This document shows, in pieces, positions 24,501-36,500 of a DNA stretch of 64,000 nt (its first letter is position 1; every line of letters starts with the position of its first letter). The notes under the pieces are model-generated. The model was not told where the DNA came from and did not search any database. It was given only the letters and a program-made list of their open reading frames with translations. The translations under genes and the position numbers were made by a program. The DNA comes from Hypanus sabinus (taxonomy: Eukaryota), in assembly GCF_030144855.1 (NCBI RefSeq), contig NC_082738.1:13702001-13766000 (forward strand). Direction: 5' to 3'.

Positions 24501-27500
24501 AGCACTCATTTGAAAAGCCCAGTGTACTGTAATAACACTTCTCAAACCTCTGACACCTTGAAGGATGAGGGCAGTGAGCACAGGAAACACCACCACCTGC
24601 AGGTTCCTGTCCAAATAACACACCATCCTTCCTTTGAAACATGCCACCTGTGTTCAAGAAAGTGGCTCACTCCCAACATCCTAAGCTCTGTGAGGGACAG
24701 ACAGTAAATGCTGGCTTTGAACAATATCTAGATCCTGAAAAATGAATGCAAAACATTTTTTCGCAGGAGATGCCACCAACATTAGTCCAGAAATCCTTTC
24801 CCAGGCTCATGTTGCCACAACTCTTGAGACCAATAATTCAGATAGTTTTCTACTCGCATTGCCTTTAGTACTATCATGCAGGGTATCAGAAATGAAAGTA
24901 ATCCTATTGCTCTGCACTCATAAACCCCAAGTAAGGGTCTCTGGGTGGCAACGGGTTCCCCTTCTGATGTTACAGTCTGCTGGACTCATTGGGATTTGCT
25001 TGGGCTGAGGAACCAAACATGATAGTTTGCTGATCTGCATAGGGGTACAATATGAGCATCTAGCCCTTCAAAGCTGCTCAACTCCTCACCAACACAGTCT
25101 TATATGCTGACCCTTTTATCTTGAGAACACTGTCTTTTGGTCTAGTTACTCCAATGTGAAGAACCATCCTCTCAGTATCTATCCTGTCAATGCCTTGTTG
25201 AATTTTGTTTGTCTCAATTAGATCATCTCTCATTCTTCTGAACTCCAGTGATTACAAGCCTATTTTACTCAACCTCCCCTTATAAAACAGATTTATTACC
25301 AGTAATATCATGTATCAGAACCGCACAGACCAATAAAGCCTTATGATTGATTCTTCAATTTTAGGCATTGGATTACAACAAGTGGTGACTGCAAGCAGAG
25401 AAGGGAATAAAACACAGACTGGATCCTAGCTCCTGATCTTAAACAATGATATGTGGGCAGAGCTGAATTTCCTTTGACCGTGATTCATTGTCAAATAGCC
25501 CATAGACACCCAAGCTTGTCAGTGCTAGCTTAGTGCCTGAAAAAACTGTCCAACTACTATCATATCCAATGGAAGATACACCTGGACAATAAAGGATGTT
25601 GATCCAGTGGAGCCACATCTGAGTGTAGGTCACCTTGTTTAGGAAGGGGAAAATATTTGTGGGACCTCACTTCTCAAAATTTTTTTTTCATGGGATGTGA
25701 GTGTTGCCTGCAAGACCAACATTTAATGCCCATTGCCAATTCTCATTTGACTGATTGGTTTATTAAATCATTTCAGGACAGTTCAGAGTTAACCACATTA
25801 ATTGGATCTGGAGTCACATATTGGCCGGTCCAAGAAAGGATGGCAAATTTCCTTTGCTATTGAATGAGACGTGTCTTTACAACAATCCTCTGGTTTAGTG
25901 ATTACCATTACTGGTAGATTTATTTACTTATCTCAATTTAAATTCTCAGTTGATCTGGTGGAACCCTAGCTCACAGCTCAGATTATTAGTCCAGGTTTTT
26001 GAATACTAGCACGGTAACATCAGCATTATGCATATTATGCATCTATGTAGCACACCTTGTTGTGTATGCCAGGTATAATCCAACAACATTTCATTGCTGT
26101 TGTGTGGTTCAAAAATGGACAGCTCTGTGAGAATACCATCCCTTGTCAGTTCTCTGAAGGAAATGTTGTTTACCTTGGATACTTCCAGGACAGGCTTTTG
26201 CCCCTCTGGTTTTCTAAAGGGAATATTTTTCCCCAGACAGTCCTTTGTTCTGCATCTCTATCATGCCCATCAACAAGAATATTTTACGGCATACTCTCAC
26301 TAACAACCATGAGATGTACAGTACTATACAAAAGGTTTAGGCATGTATATATAGCTAGGGTCCCTAAGACTTTTGCACAGTACTGTATTTGTTAATGTGG
26401 AGCAGAGCGCGTTTGTAAATCTGGCAGGAGCAAAGGATGTGGAGAACGGAGTGCCATGGGAAGTGTGTGGGACAGGTGGCAGAGAAGGAGTGCCAGGGGT
26501 GGGGGTGCTGTGGGCCAGTCCTGAGACATCAGACAAGGTCATTTTATTCCAAATAATTGGTTTATTGATCATTATAGAAAGTCTTTCTGGTGCTTCCTGC
26601 TCTCTCCCCTTTCTCTGCCCCCTTTCCACTCTCAGTCCAAAATAGAGATCCATATCAAAATCAAGTTTATCATCACTCACATGTCATGAAATTTGTTTTT
26701 TTTTTGTTGCGGCAGCAGTACAAATCTTAGGAACCCTAGCTATATATGTATATGTGCCAAAGACTTTTGCATAGTACTGTATAATCAGTTAATCTTTCTT
26801 GGTTGAGGAGGAATGTTGGCCAAAAAATGTGATTTATTTCAGCAAATTCTGTCAGACAATCTTTATCTTGGTTTAATAATTTATCTGATTGGTGGCACCT
26901 CTGAGCTGCTGCTGGAGTGCTGGCCTGGATTATGTGCTCAATACCTGGAGTAGGTATTGAGCTCACAAAATTCTGACTTACGAACACTCTAGAACCTTGT
27001 TAACATGAGGAAATCTGCAGATGCTGGAAATTGAAACAACACACAGAAAATGCTGGTGGAACACAGCAGGCCAGGCAGCATCTCTAAGGAGAAGCACTGT
27101 CGACGTTTCGGGCCAAGACCCTTCGTCAGGACTCAGAACCTTGTTCATTTCTGTTCTCTTCCATATATTCAAAAATCAGTATGTGTGCACATACTTGTAT
27201 TGATCCTGCCCCCCCCCCCCCCAAGTCCACTGCTGAATTGTCAAAATGATAACAGCTATTTGTCTACCTAAAGATTTGGATACGATGGAAAGCGAAATAT
27301 TTTCTGAACAGATAGGCCAGTCGGAGCTGAATAGTTGTTAGTGTCTTGTATATCAGGTGTGTAGCAATGGTATTCAGTTGTTTGGAAATGATGCCATCAT
27401 ACTCTGCTTGGTCCAAAATTTTACAGGTTGTCCTGAGGTATGCAACATTCACAGTATATGATATTTCCACAATTTTCTTGTCTTCAGCAACCTGGAGGTC

Positions 27501-30500
27501 TTCTCCCCTTGGTTGAATTGTTCTTCCTGTTATTGCTGATGGAGTCACAGGGAGATAAATCCCTTCGTTCTTACTGTATTCAGTCTGCAGGTTTACTTCC
27601 TTTCTATAAAGCTCAAGGGCACTGTTACTGGAGTATAAGTTACTGATTACCTCTTGAATCCTAATTAACTGATCCATTCCAGCCCGAGAGGACCTTTTCT
27701 GCAGTGCTAGAATTGTATCTAAGGCTTGCAGGGTCTTTTCATGGAAATGCATTTCTTCTTGTGACAAGCTCTGGTCCTGTTTGGTTTCTTCAATGAAGTA
27801 TTGAACTTGGGCACTCAGCTCATCAAGAGCAATCTCTTGAATAATCCCAAATCTGGAAATTTCCTCAATAAGCTCTGCAAAAACAATTAAATCAGGTTGC
27901 TGCTCCTTTGATTTCTCTGCCAGGTTTTCCTCCAGTGGCTTTCTATCTTGGACAGGTTGCTCTATAGGTTCTTGTTTGAGCTTTTGCATAGAGATTTCTT
28001 TAATCATATTTTCAATCACTCCATAAAGATTCTTTAACTCAGACTTGAGAAGTGCTTGCACTTTACCGATATCATCTGGTGCAAGGTCTTTACCACTGTG
28101 TAGCCCATGGTCTAGTGAATACAGAACAGCAGTTTGAAAATCTGTTAGCAAATCCACAACCATCAGCTGGGCTTTGGTCTTTAATGCTTCTTCTTTCTGA
28201 ACCCATGCCCTCTGTTTCTTCCCTGAATTCAGATTGGATTTAGTCATCTTTCTCTTCACTGCTTCATTAAGGATCATTTCCAATTTGGGCGATCTTGTAG
28301 GAGTTATCCTTCCAATGGATAGCTTTGTGGAAATACTTTCCCTTGTAGACTTTCCAAAGGGAGGGGTTTTCTTCTTGCATACTTCTGGGGCAATCTTTTG
28401 TTCCTCTGGTTTTCCAAAGGGAATATTTTTCCCTGAGACAACTCTTTGTTCTGCAGTTCTATCCTGCCCACCAAAAAGAATATTTTTGGGCTCCTCATTC
28501 GAGGGACCTTTCACCTTTAAATTTTCTGCAAGAATTAATTTTTGCTTTGACGTTTTCACCAGTGCTACACTTTGGCTTATTTTGTTTGCCTGCTTTTTTT
28601 CCACCAGCAAATCAGCAGGCGGAGGGATCTCTTCAGAAGTGACTTTCCCACCATTTTGTAGTTGCTCAATTTTGGACCTCAAACATTTGATGGTTTTTTC
28701 CAGGTCCTGGTTCTTGCTGGACACCTCCTTGTAATGATATTCTGCTAATTCTGCTTGAGTTTTGAGGGCACTGCTGTGTTCTTGAAGACGTTTCAGTTCA
28801 ATAGCCAGATTACAGTCAGCATTCTGGGATCCAATTGACTCGGCCTTTCTTAGTTCATTTTCCACCTCAGAGTATTCCTGTGACCGAATGAGAAATGCCT
28901 TGTGAAGGTTCTCAATGAATTTTCCAACATACCTGAAGGCAATTGTCTGGACTTTCTTGCAAGGAAGATACCTTGTGATATCTGCTAGAATCACATCAAT
29001 CTCTCCCACTGCTGCTTCCAACCGTTTCCCATTGTGTGGTTCCACCATTTTGGCAGTGCTCATTGGTTGCATGTCCTGGAGATACATGAGTAATTTGAGT
29101 TCTGTCTTTTTCTCTCTCCCCCGTTTGCCAGTGGTGTCCTTGCTGCCAGTTTCTGCAAATAATCAGTGTATAGCCAATCATTCAGCACATCATTAAACCC
29201 AGGAATGTTCTGATTTTTTAAAACAATGGTGCTATATTAATATAAATTTTGTATATTCTTTCAACCAAAATTGTATGTCAGCAATTTCAAGACATTTATC
29301 ATTGTTAGCATGGTTAGTGAAAGCACCCAGTCCTTAGTCTGGGTGCTATCACTGTCCACCTTCGGCTGATGGAGCAATTCAATACTGAGGCGCTGCAGTA
29401 CTGTGGAGAGTTAGAAACATTCAACCGAATCTTAACCTTCCCATGCAGGTGGATCTAAAAGTTTACTGAACACAGTGTGAGGTCAAACTATGGAAAGCAG
29501 ATCCAAGTATCTGCCGACAAAAGCAATTGAAAACATAACTAGATTTGCTTGCCTTTAATCTCCTTGCTGTTTTGTGTGCAAAGTGACTCCCACGCTGGAG
29601 TACAAAGTAATAATTTCACTTATGAAATAACCTAATGATTGCAGAATGCAGTCTTTGGACAGGACAGATGATGTAATGCATAAGGTCCTACCCTAACCTG
29701 ACTTCTTTGAGGAAAGTTTGCAATTTTAGATGAGTGGAGCTCAGTCAAGGTGGTGCTATATGGTTACTCCTTTGCTTGTATCTTCGGAAACAGGTCTATT
29801 TCTATCTTAATGTTTCTATTTTTCCCTTTCAGCATTCTTTTGAAGACCTTGACCTGGAGTTACACGCTGACTTCGGTTCTTTGCAGGAATGGGACCCGCT
29901 CTTGAGCTTTCACGGCTGGTTGTTATCCAACATGCCAACGGCACAGCCTAAAAGAGTTCGGCTTACCTTTGGAGGCCTAGGATCTTGGGGCTCTGGAGTT
30001 GGGCGGATTGAAGGTCAGTGTCCCAACAGACTGGTGTGTCGTGGGAGCTGGAAGATCTTAGGCTGTGTACCTAGAGACTTGAGATCTTTGGGCGCAGAGC
30101 TTGGAAAAAGCGACACTACAGACTTTTAACATCGTAAGCCAGCGAGTTGTTTGCTATGTCTCCCCTCTCACTGTGAAACGGAGACACCCCTTTCTGCCTT
30201 ATTAGAGAGGGAGAGAGCCTGTGGTATGTCGAATCCTGGGTGAAACACAAAGTCTTTGGGGTAACTGCAAGTCTGTGTCTTTGCTGTTGCTATGCTCACG
30301 CTTGAGTGCTCAGTGGTGGGTGCCGATGCTTTTTTTTGCCAGTGGGGGAGGGAGGATTGTGCTTGCTGCTGCTTACACACAGGAGGGAGGAGAGCTGGGG
30401 TGGGGTACTTTGGGGTTCTAACATTTAACTCTTTCATTCTTTGGGGCACCCCTCTGTTTTTGTGAATGGTTGCAAAGAAAAAGCATTTCAGGATACATTT

Positions 30501-33500
30501 CTCTGACATAAAATATACTTTTGAAACCTTTGTGACCAAGCTAGCAACACTCATTGCCTGCTTCCTCACTCCTCACATGTTGAAGCTCTGATTTCTAAAT
30601 GCTCAGTCTGGAAATAAGAGGCAGCCATGACAGAGTGTGCATGCCTGCAAGAGTGGGAAAAATGGTAGAATTGTCCACAGAAGCATTGAGGAGTCAGCAC
30701 GCTGGGTGAACCTACTCCCCCATGTGTAGGAGAGAAAGAAGTATCCCCTGCCCTGCTTCAGTCCTTGCTGAAGTACAGCAGCTGGTTCTGAGCTACAAGG
30801 CACCATTATAACAGGTATAACATGTTATTCAGAAGTATAAACATGTTTAATTTAAACTGCCCTCAAAGCAAATGTCCAATTGATTTTTTTTCCCCAAATT
30901 ACCACTATTAATAAGAGTTCAATATTATTTTAATGTAATTTTAACTGGCTTGCCCACAACAGCCACAATTTAAAAAAAGTCTTCTGTCAAATTTTAATAA
31001 TAATACAATCAGGTACAGTAATATTGTGGTAATGTTTCTCTCACCACAGATGTTGGCTGACCTACTGAGTACTCACAGAATTATTTGTTTTCATTTCAAA
31101 TTTTCTGCATCTGCATCATTTCATTCTCAGTTATTGGTTTAAAAGTGATTTACAGGTGTGCACCAAGGAACCTGTAGAACATGAATGTAAATCCTCCCAA
31201 GAGTTCAAATTCAGTTTTTGAAAATACTGTAATTGGAAATAATAAGCCCACAAAGCCAGTGACTTTATTGTTTGAGGAAAGGAACCTGACAGTCCCACAC
31301 CTCCCAAGGCTTTCAGTTGTATCAAATTGCCATGCATAACAGTTCAAAAAGGCACACTACTGTCTTGGGCACCCCAAGTACAGCACTAAATTACAGTTTA
31401 ATTATGATCTCCACATGCTGAGTATTAATTGTGTTTGAACTCCTTTCTTTAATATGAGCTCAGCTGACTTTATGGCTCTATCCATTAATGTTTGTTAATT
31501 TGACAAGTTAGCCTACATGGTGTTGAAGCCCATTTAAGACCATGTCACTCCAGGGAGCAATTTGATGCAACAAACCAGGTGATATCTTTTTCAGGGCATG
31601 TTAAGGTGCCAATTAAGCATGCAGATTTTCTCATGCTTGCCTTACCTCCAGCATCATGTCAGGTGAAAGGTCTTTTATTTGAAAAGTTAATCTGTTTCTC
31701 CCTCCACAGGTGTTTACAAACCTGCTGTGTATTTCTCGCATTTTGTTTTTGCTTTGAAATCAAGTCAGTGGTGGGGGCTACATATAACAAGGTTTATTAT
31801 TCTGGAATTGTTGTATCCCAGGTAAGTCTCCATAAAAGTAAATCAAACTAAAACCATCAGAGTGTGCATTCATAACCAAGTTTGATATTAGGTCCAATTA
31901 TATTATCTTTGTCAGTTTTCAATCAGAAATATTAATCTGACTATGCAATATCAGACATAACACTTGGCTTGCCCTGGGATAAATAAGGGAACATCCAAAT
32001 TTCCCTTCTGTATTTAAACTGTAACATCAAACAGCTGGTAACATTTCCCTGTTGCAAAAACAGTCAATGAAAACCTTTCATAAGGACTCTTGTCACCCTT
32101 TTCAAAACAATTAGTAAAACACAGGATAAAGGGGAAGAAAGCAATGTCTAACAGTTGATCATAACGCAATTATAATATTCCTGTTACTTCATCATCAGTG
32201 TTGACTGTGTGGTGCCCACTCTGTTCAATATTGCACCTTGCTGATCCTGCAACACCTCAGGAGAAACAGATAAAACATTTTTCTCATGCTTGACGCTTCA
32301 ATCTAAAGCATCCAGGTAATTCAGCATAATCCTACATTAGGCTCAGTCTCTCCTGCATCCTTCTTTATCTATGTTTAGTCTCATATTATCATTTTCAACA
32401 AAATGAATGAAGTGTGTAAATGTATAGGTTATTGGCTTTGCTGTCGTTACAATGTCTGTATGGTCTTCAGTGGTTCCTTTTCCCATTTTCTTCAATCTCT
32501 TTTGGGTACTGGTGAGATATTTAGCTTCTTCGGAGCAACCCTGAAAATGCTTTTCATCCGAATTAAGGTTCTCTGCATAAGAATGCTGCTTGGTCCAATA
32601 TCTTATGATAAGCTGAGGCTTATGTTCATGTACAGCTCCTTGGCAATTTCCAACATTGTAGTCATGATCCAAAGGCATTGCAGTCACTTTATGGGAATTT
32701 TTAACCTTGGATTATTGCTGGGTTTTGGTATCTAAAAGATGGTTTACTGAAGATTATCAATGACAATCTTTTAGCATGCCCAAGGAATTCTAAGAAACAT
32801 TCAGTTAAAATGTGAAAAAAAGCTCAAAGCTGAGTTTGCTGTCCAGGATGCAAGAATATTGAAACCATCATTCATTTTGAAATCATCCAACACTAAATCA
32901 ATCTTTCTCCAGATCTCAAAACTGTACATGGGATACAATGCAGAACCAAACACCTCTCTGAATTTACCTTTTGATGTAGATTTTAAAAGCTCATGTTGAA
33001 GTTCAAACAGGGCTTTGGATAATATATGTAGATGATCTATGCCAGTTTGGAAAGAAGCCAATCTTGTTAGCACTTTCAAGTTAACTTCCTCAATCCATTC
33101 TGTTGACAACTTCTCAGCTTCTTCATCGTCCTCCATCTCTTCTTCTTCAATTAAAATTTGACCTGTTCAGGACATGAATAACGTTAATTTAATGTTTTCA
33201 AATAAGTAATTTGGATTTTGCATAGAGCCACGTGTCTACAACAAAATATTCATTTTCGAGCACATCAAAGTGAAGAATGCAGTGCAAGTAAGTGAAGCAC
33301 GCAATGTTTTGTAAATGGAGTAATATAATTGAGAAGCACTGTTGGATCAGAAGATCATAGCATAGGAGTGTGTGATGTAGAGTAAGGCACTGTCTATGAT
33401 GCCAATCATATATTCGAAGGGTAGGGCCAGCGTTGTTAGATACAGAGTGAAAATTCCTTCATGCTCCTTGTGCAGGGACAACACAGATTAGATATAGAGT

Positions 33501-36500
33501 AAAGTTTGCTCTACCCTGTCCTATACACACTCCTGGTTCGTGGGTGAGACATAGAATAAAGCTCCCTCTGCACTGTCATATCACACATTCTGAAGGTAGA
33601 GAAAACACAAATCAGATACTGAGAGAAGCTCCTTTTATACTCACTGTCACACAATCCCAGGGTAGAACATTGAAATGAATACTGAAGGAATTACTTGCAT
33701 TTCTGTAAAGTCTTTTGAAAAATCAAAAATCTCTGAGCCAGAGAAAGTCAAAATGAAGTATAAAAAGGTGAGGGTGTGGCACTGTTGATCAGAGATAGTG
33801 TCATGGATGCAGAAAAGGTGGACGTCATGGTTCTGTTGTCTACAGAATCTCTGTGGGTGGAGGTTAGGAAAAGGAAGGGATCAATAACTTGGTGTTTTTT
33901 TTCATAGACCGCCCAATAGTAACAGAGACATCAAGGAGCAGATAGGGAAACAGATCCTGGAAAGGCATAATAATAAGAGTTGTCATGGTGGGAAATTTTA
34001 ATTTCCCAAATATCGATTGGCATCTCCCTAGAGCAAGGGGTTTAGATGGGGTGGAGTTTGTTAGGTGTGTTCAGGAAGGTTTCTTGACACAGTATGTAGA
34101 TAAGCCTACAAGAGGAGAGGCTGTACTTGATTTGGTATTGGGAAATGAACCTGGTCAGGTGTCAGATCTCTCAGTGGGAGAGCATTTTGGAGATAGTGAT
34201 CATAATTCTATCTCCTTTACAATAGCATTGGAGAGAGATAGGAACAGACAAGTTGGAAAAACATTTAATTGGAGTAAGGGGAAATATGAAGCCATCAGGC
34301 AGGAACTTGGAAGCTTAAATGGGGAACAGATGTTCTCAGGGAAAGGTACGGAAGAAATGTGGCAAATGTTCAGGGGGTATTTGTGTGGAGTTCTGTATAT
34401 GTACATTCCAATGAGACAGGGAAGTTATGGTAGGGTACAGGAACCGTGGTGTACAAAGACTGTTGAAAATCTAGTCAAGAAAAGCTTACAAAAGGTTCAG
34501 AGAGCGAGGTAATGTTAGAGATCTAGAAGATTATAAGGCTAACAGGAAGGAGCTTAAGAAGGAAATTAGGAGAGCCAGAAGGGGCCATGAGAAGGCCTTG
34601 GTGGGCAGGATTATGGAAAACCCCAAGGCATTCTACAAGTATGTGAAGAGCAGGAGGATAAGATGTATAGGACCTATCAAGTGTGACAGTGGGAAAGTGT
34701 GTATGGAACCAGAGGAAATAGCAGAGGTACTTAATGAGTACTTTACTTCAGTATTCACTATGGAAAAGGATCTTGGTGATTGTAGTGATGACTTGCAATG
34801 GACTGAAAAGCTTGAGTATGCAGATATTAAGAAAGAGGATTGGAGCGAAGGAGGATGAGAGGTGACCTGATAGAAGTGTATAAGATGATGAGAGGCCTTG
34901 ATCATGTGGATAGTCAGAGGCTTTTTCACAGGGCTGAAATGGTTGCCACAAGAGGGCACAGGTTTAAGGTGCTGGGGAGCAGGTACAGTGGAGATGTCAG
35001 GTAAGTTTGTTACGCAGAGAGTGGGGAGTGCGTGGAATGGGTTGCCAGCAACGGTGGTGGAGGCGGATACAATAGGGTCTTTTAAGAGACTCCTGGACAG
35101 GTACATGGAGCTTAGCAAAATAGAGGGCTATGGGTGAGCCTAGTAATTTCTAAAGTAGGGTCATCTTTGGCACAACTTTGTGGGCTGTAAGGGCCTGCAT
35201 TGTGCTGTAGTTTTTCTATGTTTCTAAAAACAAAAGAGATTGGATACAAACTGAAACTTCCATGACAGAGCATGGTTAGGTACAGAATTAAGCTGCTTCT
35301 ACACTATTCTATGACACACACACAACCAGGGCAGTGTCTGCATGCATTACAAAATATAAGATGCAGAATAAAACACCTTTAACACTATCTCGTGATACAC
35401 TTTCAGGGTAGGATCAGAAACAGCACTGCTTCCATTGGAGTGGAGGGAAATCAGCAAGGAGCAGCTGCAGTGTGGGTTACTGAAGACTGAATCTAGGAGA
35501 AGGTGCAGAGAGAGAGAGAAGTTGTTTTCATCTATTTTTTGCCAGTGGTAAAGGTTAAGAAGGTGGGTGTGACTCTTCCATGGCCATTCCATCCTTTCTG
35601 GTGGCAGAGCTCTCTCAAGTTGCATGGCTGCAGCAGCAGCAAATACCCGCATACCCTAGTCATTATTTAAACTAATCAGATCAAGGAACAGTTTTCAAAA
35701 GTTATATCAATTACAAAATGACATCCGAGGCCAGTGTAAAGGCAGTGGCTGAGGTCTAGCTTTTTGGCCATTGCTGTAGCCTCAAAAATGAATGGGAAGG
35801 TTGTATTTTATTTATTTATTTAGAGATACAGCACAAAGTAGGCCCTTCCAGCTCTTCGAGCTATGCTACGCCCGACAAACCTGGTTAACCCTAACCTAAT
35901 CAGAGGACAATTTACAAAGACTAATTAACCAACCTGGTATGTCTTTGGACTGGAGGAGGAAACTGGATCACCCGGGAAAACACACATATTCCACGTGGAG
36001 GACGAACAGACCTCTTACAGATGGTGACAGAATTGAACTCTGCACTCTGAAATCCCCCAAGCTGTAATAGCATCATGCTAACTGCTACACTGTCATGATA
36101 CCCATTCCTGGAAGGCCAAATGTGCTGCAGCCTTGTCCACAGCAAGGAGCTTACTATGGATGGGGCCTTCCTGCCAATGAGCTTCTCGTTCCCTGTCTGC
36201 AACATCTGGGGGAGGCGAGGTCACCAATTCTGTTTGATCTTCAGGAGAGCAGCTTCTAGTATGTCATCTGCTGCAAGACAGAGCAGCAACAAAGAGTCAA
36301 TTCAGTGTCCAGTTTTGGGGAACTACATCTACCATGTCTTTTGGACCTTGGATGGGGCACAGTGTGGCACCTACAAAAATACAGTGCAAATTCAGAAGAG
36401 CTGTTCAACCTCTATATTCTCCTTTCGATGTTGGCACCCCAGGCAGTTCTCTCCTCTGCCCTGTGCCAGAAACAGAGGTCACAATCTCGGCTCAAAACTG

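Noticed and set aside
28234-28734. 166-aa plus-strand ORF
   Set aside because: Antisense shadow of FAM186-like exon 4.
32343-32735. Extra exon in intron 3 (114-aa and 110-aa ORFs)
   Set aside because: The nearest acceptor (ttttag near 32733) gives early stops in all three phases, and exons 3 and 4 already join in frame.
33430-33665. CRISPR-like repeat-spacer array
   Set aside because: Units are degenerate along their whole length, with no unique spacers, no cas genes and a eukaryotic context.
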